A stretch of DNA of 55,878 nt from a virus (taxonomy: Duplodnaviria; Heunggongvirae; Uroviricota; Caudoviricetes), in IMG/VR virus record IMGVR_UViG_2839610755_000009. One strand, 5' to 3'. How positions within the stretch are numbered: position 1 is the stretch's first letter; every line of letters starts with the position of its first letter. Of this stretch, positions 20,428 to 30,975 are shown one piece after another. Made by a program: the position numbers and the translations under genes. The notes below the pieces were generated by a model. The model saw only the letters and a program-made list of their open reading frames with translations. It searched no databases and was not told where the DNA came from.

Positions 20428-21643
20428 TGCTCTGTTCAGAAGTAAATCACTGGAGAATCCTTCCACCCCGATAACCGGGGATGCCGTTGATACTGATGGG
20501 CTGTTCCGGACAGACGTTTATGTCAGTCCTGAAACTGCGATGAAACTGGCTGCGGTGTATTCCTGTATCTATGTCCTGTCTTCCAGCCTTGCCCAGATGC
20601 CGTTGCATGTTATGCGCAGGCACAATGGGAAGGTTGAGCCCGCACGCGATCATCCGGCGTTTTATCTGGTTCATGATGAGCCCAATACCTGGCAAACCAG
20701 TTACAAATGGCGCGAACTGAAGCAACGTCACATCCTTGGCTGGGGGAATGGGTATACCTGGGTGAAACGTAATCGTCGCGGTGAAGTCATATCCCTGGAT
20801 TGCTGTATGCCGTGGGAAACGACGCTGATGAATACTGGTGGCCGATATACCTACGGTTTGTACAACGAATATGGGGCGTTTGCGATCAGCCCCGACGATA
20901 TGATCCACATCCGTGCGCTGGGTAATAATCAGAAGATGGGGCTGAGTCCGATTATGCAACATGCCGAAACAATAGGCATGGGGATGAGCGGTCAGAAATA
21001 CACAGAAAGCTTCTTCAGCGGTAATGCCCGTCCGGCGGGGATAGTATCCGTTAAAAGCGGACTCAATAAGGACAGCTGGGGCTGGCTTAAAGATCAGTGG
21101 CAGAAGGCATCGCAGGCGTTACGCAGCCAGGAAAACAAAACCATGCTGCTGCCAGCCGATCTGGATTACAAGGCACTGACTGTGTCGCCAGTTGACGCTC
21201 AGATCATTGACATGATGAAACTGAACCGTTCAATGATTGCCGGTATTTTCAATATTCCTGCGCACATGATTAATGACCTCGAAAAAGCCACCTTCTCCAA
21301 TATTTCTGCGCAGGCGATTCAGTTTGTCCGCTACACGATGATGCCGTGGGTAACGAACTGGGAGCAGGAGCTTAACCGTCGCTTGTTTACCCGCGCTGAG
21401 TTAGCCGCCGGGTATTACGTTAGGTTCAATCTGACGGGGCTTTTACGCGGAACTCCGCAGGAGCGCGCGCAATTCTATCACTTCGCTATTACCGATGGAT
21501 GGATGAGCCGTAATGAAGCCCGCGCATTCGAGGATATGAATCCGGTTGAAGGGCTGGATGAGATGCTGGTAAGCGTGAATGCTGCTAACCCGGCAGGAGA
21601 TTTTAAGCCCCCAAAAAATGATGAGGGAAAAACCAATGAATGA
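20417..21643 (+). CDS. portal protein (HK97 family)
   Basis: 408 aa, GTG start; position and size typical. Confidence 0.85.
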   Translation: MLLDALFRSKSLENPSTPITGDAVDTDGLFRTDVYVSPETAMKLAAVYSCIYVLSSSLAQMPLHVMRRHNGKVEPARDHPAFYLVHDEPNTWQTSYKWRELKQRHILGWGNGYTWVKRNRRGEVISLDCCMPWETTLMNTGGRYTYGLYNEYGAFAISPDDMIHIRALGNNQKMGLSPIMQHAETIGMGMSGQKYTESFFSGNARPAGIVSVKSGLNKDSWGWLKDQWQKASQALRSQENKTMLLPADLDYKALTVSPVDAQIIDMMKLNRSMIAGIFNIPAHMINDLEKATFSNISAQAIQFVRYTMMPWVTNWEQELNRRLFTRAELAAGYYVRFNLTGLLRGTPQERAQFYHFAITDGWMSRNEARAFEDMNPVEGLDEMLVSVNAANPAGDFKPPKNDEGKTNE

Positions 21644-22238
21644 CCGTGAAATCCGTTGTTACAGCGGTGAGGTGCGTGCTGAGCGGCATGACGATAACCC
21701 TGCGCACATTATCGGTTATGGATCGGTGTTTGACTGTCGTTCTGAGCTGATATTTGGTTCATTCCGCGAAATCATCCGGCCCGGCGCTTTTGACGATGTG
21801 CTTGGTGATGATGTACGCGCACTGTTTAACCACGATCCTAATTTTATTCTTGGGCGTAGTGCAGCAGGCACGCTGAATCTTTCAGTTGATGAGCGCGGAT
21901 TGCGCTATGACATCCAGGCTCCGGAGACACAGACCATTCGTGATCTGGTGCTGGCCCCGATGCAACGTGGAGATATTAACCAGTCATCTTTTGCTTTCCG
22001 TGTCGCCCGTGACGGCGAGGAGTGGTATCAGGATGAGGACGGGGTTGTTATTCGCGAGATAACCCGCTTTTCCCGTCTGCTGGATGTCAGTCCTGTGACA
22101 TATCCTGCCTATCAGGAGGCTGACTCGGCTGTTCGCTCCATGAAAGCATGGCAGGAGGCGCGCAACAGCGGCGCGCTACAGAAAGCCATTAATCAACGTA
22201 TGGCGCGTGAACGCGTCCTGACCCTTCTTAACGCGTAA
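21636..22238 (+). CDS. prohead protease (HK97 family)
   Basis: About 200 aa from MNDREIRCYSGEV; ATGAATGA overlap with portal. Confidence 0.85.
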   Translation: MNDREIRCYSGEVRAERHDDNPAHIIGYGSVFDCRSELIFGSFREIIRPGAFDDVLGDDVRALFNHDPNFILGRSAAGTLNLSVDERGLRYDIQAPETQTIRDLVLAPMQRGDINQSSFAFRVARDGEEWYQDEDGVVIREITRFSRLLDVSPVTYPAYQEADSAVRSMKAWQEARNSGALQKAINQRMARERVLTLLNA

Positions 22239-22248
22239 AGGAAACATC

Positions 22249-23478
22249 ATGAAACTGCATGAACTGAAACAGAAACGTAATACTATCGCAACTGACATGC
22301 GCGCCCTGAATGAAAAAATTGGTGATAACGCATGGACGGAAGAGCAGCGCACTGAGTGGAACAAAGCAAAATCCGAACTGGAAGCGCTTGATGAACGAAT
22401 TGCACGCGAAGAAGAACTGCGTCGTCAGGATCAGGCGTACATTGAAAGCAATGAGGAAGAGCAGCGTCAGAATCTTGATCCGGAAAACAATCCACAACAG
22501 GATGAGAAACGAGCTCAGGTTTTTGATAAGTGGATGCGTCACGGTGCCAGTGAGCTGACATCAGAAGAACGAAAGGCGTTGCGTGAACTTCGTGCCCAGG
22601 GCGTAGCTCAGGATGAAAAGGGCGGATATACCGTACCAGAAACATTCCTGGCGAAAGTTGTTGAGAAGATGAAATCCTACGGTGGCATCGCCAGTGTGGC
22701 GCAGATTCTTACCACTTCTGACGGTCGCACTATGGAGTGGGCAACAGCTGATGGTACTTCCGAAGTTGGTGTTCTGCTGGGCGAAAATGAAGAAGCCGGT
22801 GAAGAAGACACCGATTTCGGTATGGGAAGCCTTGGGGCGCTCAAAATGACATCGAAAATAATTCGTGTGTCTAATGAGTTGCTGCAGGACAGTGCGATCG
22901 ATATGGAAGCTTATCTTGCCCGTCGCATTGCTGAACGTATTGGTCGTGGTGAAGCCCGTTATCTGATTCAGGGAACTGGTGCTGGTACGCCTAAACAACC
23001 CAAAGGGCTGGTCGCATCTGTGACCGGCACAACACAGACTGCCGCGGCAAATACGGTGAAGTGGCAGGAAATTCTGGCTCTGAAACACAGCATTGATCCT
23101 GCATATCGTCGCGGACCGAAATTCCGCCTGGCGTTTAACGATAATACGCTGAAACTGATCAGTGAGATGGAAGACGGTCAGGGACGCCCTTTATGGTTGC
23201 CGGATATTGTTGGTGTGGCACCTGCTTCAGTGTTGAATGTACCGTATGTCATTGATCAGGAAATTGATGATATCGGGGCGGGTAAAAAATTCATGTTCTG
23301 TGGTGACTTTGATCGCTTCATTATCCGTCGTGTGCGATACATGATTCTTAAACGTCTGGTTGAGCGTTACGCGGAATATGATCAGACCGGTTTTCTGGCC
23401 TTCCATCGTTTTGACTGTATCCTGGAAGACACCTCTGCCATTAAAGCGCTGGTGGGGAAAGGTAGCGTTGGTGGTTGA
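22249..23478 (+). CDS. major capsid protein (HK97 fold) with N-terminal delta/scaffold domain
   Basis: 409 aa; coiled-coil N-terminus then capsid domain. Confidence 0.9.
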   Translation: MKLHELKQKRNTIATDMRALNEKIGDNAWTEEQRTEWNKAKSELEALDERIAREEELRRQDQAYIESNEEEQRQNLDPENNPQQDEKRAQVFDKWMRHGASELTSEERKALRELRAQGVAQDEKGGYTVPETFLAKVVEKMKSYGGIASVAQILTTSDGRTMEWATADGTSEVGVLLGENEEAGEEDTDFGMGSLGALKMTSKIIRVSNELLQDSAIDMEAYLARRIAERIGRGEARYLIQGTGAGTPKQPKGLVASVTGTTQTAAANTVKWQEILALKHSIDPAYRRGPKFRLAFNDNTLKLISEMEDGQGRPLWLPDIVGVAPASVLNVPYVIDQEIDDIGAGKKFMFCGDFDRFIIRRVRYMILKRLVERYAEYDQTGFLAFHRFDCILEDTSAIKALVGKGSVGG

Positions 23479-23556
23479 TTAGTCTTTTTACGTAATACAG
23501 CACGCCGCGTAATGCGGTTTTTTTGTGCCCGCGTTCTGGCGGGCACAGGAGGTTTT

Positions 23557-23880
23557 ATGCTGTTAAAAATGGAAGAGATTAAGCTTCAGCTCCGTCTGGA
23601 TGATGATTTCTCTGATGAAGATGAGTTGCTTGAACTGCTTGGTAAGGCCGCTCAGAGTCGTACGGAAAACTTCCTTAACCGTAAGTTGTATGCAACCGCA
23701 GATGACAGGCCTGCGGATGATCCTGATGGGCTTGTGATATCTGATGATGTGAAGCTGGCACTTCTGCTACTTGTCAGCCATTTCTACGAAAACCGCTCAA
23801 CGGTTACAGACGTTGAGAAAATGGAGTTGCCAATGAGTTTTAACTGGTTGGTTGCTCCTTATCGCCTTATACCACTATGA
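23557..23880 (+). CDS. head-tail connector protein
   Basis: About 107 aa from MLLKMEEIKLQ with AGGAGG SD; preceded by hairpin + T-run. Confidence 0.7.
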   Translation: MLLKMEEIKLQLRLDDDFSDEDELLELLGKAAQSRTENFLNRKLYATADDRPADDPDGLVISDDVKLALLLLVSHFYENRSTVTDVEKMELPMSFNWLVAPYRLIPL

Positions 23881-24287
23881 AAATTCGTCAGGCGCAGACC
23901 AGCGCAACCTACATACTGCCGGACCCCGGCGAACTGAATAAACGCGTCCTGATCCGCCAGCGGGTGGATATGCCCGCGGATAACTTTGGCGTGGAGCCTC
24001 AATACCCGGTTGCGTTCCGGGCATGGGCGAAGGTTATCCAGACCAGTGCCACCACCTGGCAGGAAACCGCGCAGACCGGGGACGCCATCACCCATTACAT
24101 CACCATTCGCTACCGCCGCGGGATCACTGCTGATTATGAGGTGGTCTGTGATGACAGTGTGTACCGGGTGAAACGTCAGCGCGATCTGAACGGGGCGCGG
24201 CGCTTTCTGCTGCTGGAGTGTACGGAACTGGGCGAATTTACGCAGAGTCACGGAGGCAGCAATGGCGACTCCCTTTTTTCACGTTGA
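23877..24287 (+). CDS. head closure / head-tail adaptor protein
   Basis: 136 aa, head-completion position. Confidence 0.65.
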   Translation: MKIRQAQTSATYILPDPGELNKRVLIRQRVDMPADNFGVEPQYPVAFRAWAKVIQTSATTWQETAQTGDAITHYITIRYRRGITADYEVVCDDSVYRVKRQRDLNGARRFLLLECTELGEFTQSHGGSNGDSLFSR

Positions 24288-24768
24288 TGTTCAGCAGCCC
24301 GCCGAGATGCGCTTTAACCGCGCCCGTGTCCGGCGGGCGTTTGTCACGATTGGGCAGCGTCATATGCGTGATGCCCGTCGGCTGGTGATGCGCCGTGCGC
24401 GGTCGGCACCGGGTGAAAACCCCGGTTATCAGACCGGACGCCTGGCTCGTTCGATTGGTTACATGGTGCCGAGAGCCAGTAAAAAGCGAGCCGGTTTTAT
24501 GACACGCATTGCCCCTAACCAGCGCAACGGGAAGGGGAACCGGATGATCTCTGGTGACTTCTATCCGGCGTTTCTGTTTTTTGGTGTCCGGGGAGGAGCA
24601 AAACGTCGTCGTAGTCATCATCGTGGTGCATCCGGTGGCAGCGGCTGGCGGCTGGCTCCACGTAATAACTTTATGGTGGAAACGCTTGAAAAGAACCGCA
24701 GCTGGACACGCTATTTTCTGGCGCGAGAATTACGTAAATCACTGAAGCCTGAGCGACGACGCAGATGA
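24262..24768 (+). CDS. tail-completion protein (HK97 gp10-like)
   Basis: 168 aa basic protein in head-tail joining block. Confidence 0.55.
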   Translation: MATPFFHVDVQQPAEMRFNRARVRRAFVTIGQRHMRDARRLVMRRARSAPGENPGYQTGRLARSIGYMVPRASKKRAGFMTRIAPNQRNGKGNRMISGDFYPAFLFFGVRGGAKRRRSHHRGASGGSGWRLAPRNNFMVETLEKNRSWTRYFLARELRKSLKPERRRR

Positions 24769-25325
24769 AACTGACGCCTGTTATTGCTGCGCTGCGTGCC
24801 CGCTGCCCGTATTTTGAAAACCGGGTGGCAGGCGCGGCACAGTTCAAAAATCTGCCGGAGGTCGGAAAGCTGAGACTCCCGGCGGCGTATGTGGTACCGG
24901 GTGATGACTCTCCGGGAGAAAACAAAAGCCAGACCGACTACTGGCAGGAGCTGAAAGAGGGCTTCTCCGTGGTTGTCATACTGAGTAACGGGCGTGATGA
25001 GCTCGGTCAGTTTGCTTCGTATGATGTGGTGGACGATGTCCGGCAGATGCTCTTTAAGGCCTTGCTGGGCTGGAACCCGGAAGCGTGCGGTAACCCGATT
25101 ACCTATGACGGCGGCACGCTGCTGGATCTGAATCGTCATGAGCTGATTTATCAGTTCGATTTTTCGGTCATCAGCGAGCTGACTGAAGACGATACCCGCC
25201 AGCAGGATGATCTGAACAGTCTGGATGAACTGCAAACGCTGGCGATTGATGTTGATTATCTCGAGCCCGGTAACGGGCCTGACGGCGATATCGAACATCA
25301 CACCGAAATAACCCTTCCTTCCTGA
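24765..25325 (+). CDS. tail terminator-like protein
   Basis: 186 aa, precedes sheath gene. Confidence 0.5.
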   Translation: MKLTPVIAALRARCPYFENRVAGAAQFKNLPEVGKLRLPAAYVVPGDDSPGENKSQTDYWQELKEGFSVVVILSNGRDELGQFASYDVVDDVRQMLFKALLGWNPEACGNPITYDGGTLLDLNRHELIYQFDFSVISELTEDDTRQQDDLNSLDELQTLAIDVDYLEPGNGPDGDIEHHTEITLPS

Positions 25326-25333
25326 GGATCCTC

Positions 25334-25504
25334 ATGTTTGTCAAACCTGTTAAAGGGCGGTCAGTGCCTGACCCTGCCCGCGGCGACCTTTTGCCCGCCG
25401 AAGGGCGAAATGTTGACGAGAACAACTACTGGCTGCGCCGTGAAGCAGCGGGTGATATCCGGCGCGTGAATAAAAAGGTGAACACCGATGACGATAAGCT
25501 TTAA
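25334..25504 (+). CDS. small protein preceding sheath
   Basis: 56-aa ORF overlapping sheath start. Confidence 0.4.
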   Translation: MFVKPVKGRSVPDPARGDLLPAEGRNVDENNYWLRREAAGDIRRVNKKVNTDDDKL

Positions 25505-26984
25505 CACCATTCCGTCGAATACGCTGGTTCCGTTGTTTTATGCGGAAATGGATAACCAGGCGGCGAATACTGCACAGGACAGCGGAGCATCGCTGCTGAT
25601 TGGTCATGCCAATAACGGTGCAGAGATTGTTGCCAACAGTCTGGTACTGATGTCGTCGGCAGACTATGCACGCCAGATTTGTGGTGCGGGAAGTCAGCTG
25701 GCGCGTATGGTCGAGGCTTATCGCCAGACTGACCCGTTTGGCGAGCTGTATGTGATTGCCGTTCCTGAATCCACAGGTGCGGCGGCAACAGTTACGCTGA
25801 CGGTGACCGGGGCGGCAACCGAAACCGGCACGGTGAATGTGTATGTAGGACGTACCCGCGTGCAGGCACCGGTGACTAACGGCGATAACGTCACGATGAT
25901 TGCCAGCAGTATCCAGGATGCCATCAATGCCGTTCCGACCCTGCCGTTTACGGCTTCATCTTTGGCAGGCGTGGTCACACTGACCGCGCGTCATAAGGGG
26001 CTTTGTGGGAATGAAATTCCTGTCAGCCTCAATTACTACGGCTTTGGTGGGGGCGAAGTGCTGCCAGCGGGCGTACAGATTGCCGTGGCGACGGGTACCG
26101 CCGGAACGGGTGCTCCGGTTCTCACCGGCGCGGTGGCTGCAATGGCGGATGAGCCGTTTGATTATATCGGCCTGCCGTTCAACGACACGGCCTCCGTTAA
26201 CACGCTGGTGACCGAGATGAACGATACCAGCGGTCGCTGGAGCTATGCGCGTCAGCTGTATGGTCATGTGTATACGGCAAAGATCGGCACGCTGTCAGAA
26301 CTGGTGACCGCAGGTGACCAGTTTAACCAGCAGCACATTACCCTGGCGGGGTACGAAAAAGAGACCCAGACGCCTGCCGACGAGCTGGCGGCAAGCCGTA
26401 CCGCCCGCGCAGCGGTGTTTATCCGCAACGATCCGGCACGTCCCACGCAGACCGGTGAGCTGGTGGGTATGCTGCCTGCGCCGAAGGGGAAACGGTTCAC
26501 GATGACCGAACAACAGACCCTGCTGTCTCATGGCGTGGCAACGGCGTATGTCGAAAGCGGGGTACTACGCATTCAGCGTGATGTCACCACGTACAGGAAA
26601 AACGCTTACGGGGTTGCGGATAACAGTTACCTCGACAGTGAGACGCTGCATACCAGCGCGTATGTACTGCGCAAACTGAAATCCGTCATTACCAGTAAGT
26701 ACGGGCGTCACAAGCTTGCCAGTGACGGTACCCGCTTTGGTCCCGGTCAGGCGATTGTCACCCCGGCGGTGATCAAAGGGGAACTGCTGGCAACCTACCG
26801 TCAGCTTGAGCGTGCGGGGATCGTGGAAAACTACGAACTGTTTAAGCAGTACCTGGTTGTGGAGCGTGATGCCAGCGATCCGAACCGCCTGAACACGCTG
26901 TTCCCGCCTGACTATGTTAACCAGCTGCGTGTCTTTGCCGTGGTTAATCAGTTCCGTCTTCAGTATTCAGAGGAGTCTGCATAA
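25488..26984 (+). CDS. tail sheath protein (Mu gpL-like)
   Basis: 498 aa; size and order as Mu-type contractile tail. Confidence 0.85.
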   Translation: MTISFNTIPSNTLVPLFYAEMDNQAANTAQDSGASLLIGHANNGAEIVANSLVLMSSADYARQICGAGSQLARMVEAYRQTDPFGELYVIAVPESTGAAATVTLTVTGAATETGTVNVYVGRTRVQAPVTNGDNVTMIASSIQDAINAVPTLPFTASSLAGVVTLTARHKGLCGNEIPVSLNYYGFGGGEVLPAGVQIAVATGTAGTGAPVLTGAVAAMADEPFDYIGLPFNDTASVNTLVTEMNDTSGRWSYARQLYGHVYTAKIGTLSELVTAGDQFNQQHITLAGYEKETQTPADELAASRTARAAVFIRNDPARPTQTGELVGMLPAPKGKRFTMTEQQTLLSHGVATAYVESGVLRIQRDVTTYRKNAYGVADNSYLDSETLHTSAYVLRKLKSVITSKYGRHKLASDGTRFGPGQAIVTPAVIKGELLATYRQLERAGIVENYELFKQYLVVERDASDPNRLNTLFPPDYVNQLRVFAVVNQFRLQYSEESA

Positions 26985-27340
26985 TGGCCCGTATCGGGGG
27001 AACCTGTTATTTCAAAATTGACGGTCAGCAGCTATCGCTGACCGGCGGCATTGAGGTGCCCATGAACAAAACGGTTAACGATGACATCATCGGCCTGGAC
27101 GGTTCAGTGGACCGCAAGGAAACTCACCGTGCGCCTTATGTCAAAGGGACCTTCAAGGTGCCGAAGAATTTTCCGGTAAGCAAAATCACCTCGTCTGATG
27201 AGATGACCATCACTGCCGAGCTGGCGAACGGTCAGGTCTATGTACTGTCGTCTGCCTGGCTGCACGGCGAAGCGAACCATAATGCCGAAGAAGGCACGGT
27301 TGATCTTGAGTTCCACGGTGAAGAAGGGGATTACCAGTAA
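26984..27340 (+). CDS. tail tube protein (Mu gpM-like)
   Basis: 118 aa, ATGG overlap with sheath stop. Confidence 0.8.
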   Translation: MARIGGTCYFKIDGQQLSLTGGIEVPMNKTVNDDIIGLDGSVDRKETHRAPYVKGTFKVPKNFPVSKITSSDEMTITAELANGQVYVLSSAWLHGEANHNAEEGTVDLEFHGEEGDYQ

Positions 27341-27764
27341 TGAAAGAGCTTGAGTTAAAGAAACCGATTACTGCTCATGGCGAGACACTCTCCGTACTGG
27401 AGTTTGATGAACCCACCGGGAAGGATGTCCGCGAGCTGGGGTATCCCTACCAGATGAATCAGGATGAGTCAGTCAGACTTCTGGCGCATGTGGTGTCGAA
27501 ATACATTGTGCGGCTGGCGAAAGTGCCGCAAAGCTCTGTCGACCAGATGTCTCCGGCAGACCTGAATGCAGCGGCGTGGCTTGTGGCTGGTTTTTTCCTC
27601 CAGGCCTGACGGCTGAATACCTCACTGATCGCTTCTTTGACTGCGCCAGCTACTGGCGCATTAATCCTTTCGAATTGCTGAATATGCCGATCAGTGAAAT
27701 TCCCTTGCTGGTCAGTCAGGCAAACAGGATAGAGCAGGAGAAACGCACACATGGCGGAATTTGA
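27340..27764 (+). CDS. tail assembly chaperone with -1 frameshift extension
   Basis: ORF 27340..27609 plus overlapping -1 frame ORF to 27764; slippery T_TTT_TTC at 27591..27597. Confidence 0.7.
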
Positions 27765-29586
27765 GCTTAAGGCGTTGATCACCGGTGTCGACAGGCTTTC
27801 TCCCGCGCTGTCGAAAATGCAAAAGAAAATCCGGGGATTTAAACGCCAGGCGGAAGAAGCGTCACAGGGTGGGCTGGCGCTTGGTGGCGGACTGGCAGCG
27901 GGTCTGACGCTTTCCCTGAAATCTTATGCCGATCAGGAAAACGCCGCCACCGGGCTGAAAGTCGCCATGATGGATGCGAACGGCGAGGTTGGAAAGAGCT
28001 TTCAGGACATCAATAAACTGGCTATTGGCCTGGGTAACCAGCTACCCGGTACAACGGCTGATTTCCAGAACATGATGCAGATGCTGGTGCGTCAGGGGAT
28101 CCCGGCAGAAAACATTCTTGGCGGTGTGGGTAAAGCGACAGCTTATCTTGCGGTACAACTGAAAAAAACACCGGAAGCGGCTGCTGAGTTTGCTGCAAAG
28201 ATGCAGGATGCTACCGGAACGGCGTCAGAAGACATGATGGGGCTGTTCGACACTATCCAGAAGGCGTTTTATCTGGGTGTTGACGATACCAACATGTTGT
28301 CCTTCTTCACTAAAACCAGCTCTGTTCTGAAGATGGTGAACAAGGACGGTCTTCAGGCTGCACAGAGCCTTGCCCCCATCAGCGTCATGATGGATCAGAT
28401 GGGGATGAACGGGGAGTCGGCAGGTAACGCCCTGCGAAAAGTTATCCAGTCCGGATTAAGCGTTAAGAAAATCAGGGACGTCAATAAAATCATGGCCCGC
28501 CAGAAACTCGGGGTACAGCTCGATTTTACTGACGGCAAAGGAAGTTTTGGCGGTCTTGATAACATGTTCAGGCAACTGGCAAAGCTGCGAAAACTGACCG
28601 ACGTTAAGCGAACAGGTGTACTTAAGGCAATATTTGGTGATGATGCCGAAACCCTTCAGGTGGTCAATGCACTAATCGATAAAGGAAAGGATGGCTACGA
28701 TCAGATCCAGCAGAAGATGAATAAACAGGCCAGCCTGAATAAACGTGTTCAGGCCCAGCTTGGTACGCTGTCCAACCTGTGGGAGGCAATGACGGGGACC
28801 GCAACTAACGGCCTTGCGGCTATTGGCGGCGCATTTTCTGGTGACGCCAAAAATATCACGCAATGGCTGGGGGAGTTAGGGGAAAAATTCACGAAGTTTG
28901 CGGATGAAAATCCCCGGGTTATTCGCGGCGTCGTCGGGCTTGCTGCCGGTCTTGCGATTCTGAAACTGGGATTGATGGGCGTTGGCGGTGCCATCAGTAT
29001 TGTCAGCAGGATCATGTCGATGACGCCGATTGGAATGATTGCGACGGCGATAGCCCTGGCTGCGGGATTAATTATCACTAACTGGGATGTTGTCGGACCT
29101 TATTTCAAGAAGCTCTGGGAAACCATTGGTCCTTATTTTGAGGCTGGCTGGGAACTTCTGAAGAAGGTTTTTGCCTGGTCGCCGCTGGGGATGGTAATCA
29201 ATAACTGGGGACCGGTTGTTAAGTGGTTTCAGGATATGTGGGACAAACTGAAGCCAATTATTGAGTGGTTTACCGACAGTTCCGGTGACACGGTCGATGC
29301 CATTAACTCTGCGCAGTGGGGCGCGGGTGCTTATGATGCTTATGGGACGGGAATACCGGCACGGGGATACACACCTTATCAGGCGGTAGATCCGGCTCAG
29401 TCAAACAACGCCTCCGGTGCCACAGGCCCGAATCCCTTCATGATTAACAAAGCTTCTGCGCCAAAAGTTGATGGTGAGATCAAGGTCTCTTTTGTGAATT
29501 CGCCTCCGGGTATGCGGGTTATGGAAACGCGATCCAGCGGTTTTGATGTCAGCCATGATGTTGGCTATACGCGCTTTGGCAGGTAA
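27751..29586 (+). CDS. tail tape measure protein
   Basis: 611 aa, helical/glycine-rich, follows chaperone. Confidence 0.85.
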   Translation: MAEFELKALITGVDRLSPALSKMQKKIRGFKRQAEEASQGGLALGGGLAAGLTLSLKSYADQENAATGLKVAMMDANGEVGKSFQDINKLAIGLGNQLPGTTADFQNMMQMLVRQGIPAENILGGVGKATAYLAVQLKKTPEAAAEFAAKMQDATGTASEDMMGLFDTIQKAFYLGVDDTNMLSFFTKTSSVLKMVNKDGLQAAQSLAPISVMMDQMGMNGESAGNALRKVIQSGLSVKKIRDVNKIMARQKLGVQLDFTDGKGSFGGLDNMFRQLAKLRKLTDVKRTGVLKAIFGDDAETLQVVNALIDKGKDGYDQIQQKMNKQASLNKRVQAQLGTLSNLWEAMTGTATNGLAAIGGAFSGDAKNITQWLGELGEKFTKFADENPRVIRGVVGLAAGLAILKLGLMGVGGAISIVSRIMSMTPIGMIATAIALAAGLIITNWDVVGPYFKKLWETIGPYFEAGWELLKKVFAWSPLGMVINNWGPVVKWFQDMWDKLKPIIEWFTDSSGDTVDAINSAQWGAGAYDAYGTGIPARGYTPYQAVDPAQSNNASGATGPNPFMINKASAPKVDGEIKVSFVNSPPGMRVMETRSSGFDVSHDVGYTRFGR

Positions 29587-29646
29587 TGAAAAATTAATCT
29601 GTTAATGAGTCCCACTCCGGTGGGATTTTTTATGTACGGAGTTTAT

Positions 29647-30975
29647 ATGACGTGGAAAGACAGACTTCAGGACGCGTCATTTCGCGGTGTGCCGTTTAAG
29701 GTTGAAGAAGAAAGTGCGGGAACCGGTCGTCGTGTGGAAACGCACGAATACCCGAACCGCGACAAACCCTATACCGAAGACCTGGGGAAAATCACTTTCC
29801 GCCCGTCCATCACAGCTTATGTGGTGGGAGATGACTGCTTTGACCAGCGCGATCGCCTGATTGACGCGCTGAATAAACCCGGTCCCGGCACGCTTGTCCA
29901 TCCGACTTACGGTGAGCTGAAAGTCTGTGTTGACGGGGAAGTTCGGGTCAGCACATCGAAGAGTGAAGGGCGTATTGTCCGCTTTGACCTGAAGTTTGTC
30001 GAAGCGGGAGAACTCTCTTACCCCACTTCAGGTGCGGCGACGGCGCAGACGCTGATGTCATCCTGTTCTGCACTGGATGACTGCATCAGTGACAGCTTCA
30101 GTGGTTTCAGTATCGATGGCGTGGCAGATTTTGTGCAGAACGACGTCGTCGGTAATGCCAGCACAATGCTTGGGTATGTTTCTGATGCGATGAAAGTGGT
30201 GGATTCTGCCGTATCGGATGCCGCCAGGCTGTTGCAGGGGGATATCTCGGTACTTCTGCCGCCACCATCGTCAGGCAAAAATTTCGTTGAGCAGGTGCAG
30301 AAAATGTGGCGTACCGGGAAACGCCTTTATGGTAACGCCAGCGACCTGGTCACCATGATCAAAACGCTTTCCGGTGTCAGCCTCGGCAGCGATCTGCAAC
30401 CGCGCGGCGTCTGGAAAACGGACAGTAAAACTACCGCCACGGCGACGCAGCAGCGTAACGTGGTTGCCAGCACCCTTCGTACGACCGCAATCAGCGAAGC
30501 GGCGTATGCCGTCACACGATTGCCTGCGCCCACAACTTCCGCGGTGATGCAGAATGCCACAGTAGGGCAGTCAACAACACCCGCGCAGAGCACCGGCTGG
30601 CCTTCTGTCACGCATCCGGCACTGAACAATGCACCGGCGGTGAAAAACACGGTTGACCTGCCAACGTGGGAAGAACTGACCGACATTCGCGACACACTGA
30701 ATACGGCAATTGATAAGGAGTTGTCCCGTACAACCAGTGATGCGCTGTTTCTGGCGCTGCGCCGGGTGAAAGCAGATCTGAATGCGGATATCAACACGCG
30801 CCTTGAACAGTCTGCACGGATCATTCAGCGCACGCCGGATGAGGTTTTACCCGCGCTGGTGCTGGCGGCGACCTGGTTTGATAACGCGGCGCGTGACGCG
30901 GACATTATCCGGCGTAATGCCATTACGCATCCCGGCTTTGTGCCGGTGATCCCTCTGAAGGTGCCAGTGCAATGA
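29647..30975 (+). CDS. DNA circularisation protein (Mu gpN-like)
   Basis: MTWKDRLQDASFRGVPFKVEEE N-terminus. Confidence 0.75.
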   Translation: MTWKDRLQDASFRGVPFKVEEESAGTGRRVETHEYPNRDKPYTEDLGKITFRPSITAYVVGDDCFDQRDRLIDALNKPGPGTLVHPTYGELKVCVDGEVRVSTSKSEGRIVRFDLKFVEAGELSYPTSGAATAQTLMSSCSALDDCISDSFSGFSIDGVADFVQNDVVGNASTMLGYVSDAMKVVDSAVSDAARLLQGDISVLLPPPSSGKNFVEQVQKMWRTGKRLYGNASDLVTMIKTLSGVSLGSDLQPRGVWKTDSKTTATATQQRNVVASTLRTTAISEAAYAVTRLPAPTTSAVMQNATVGQSTTPAQSTGWPSVTHPALNNAPAVKNTVDLPTWEELTDIRDTLNTAIDKELSRTTSDALFLALRRVKADLNADINTRLEQSARIIQRTPDEVLPALVLAATWFDNAARDADIIRRNAITHPGFVPVIPLKVPVQ

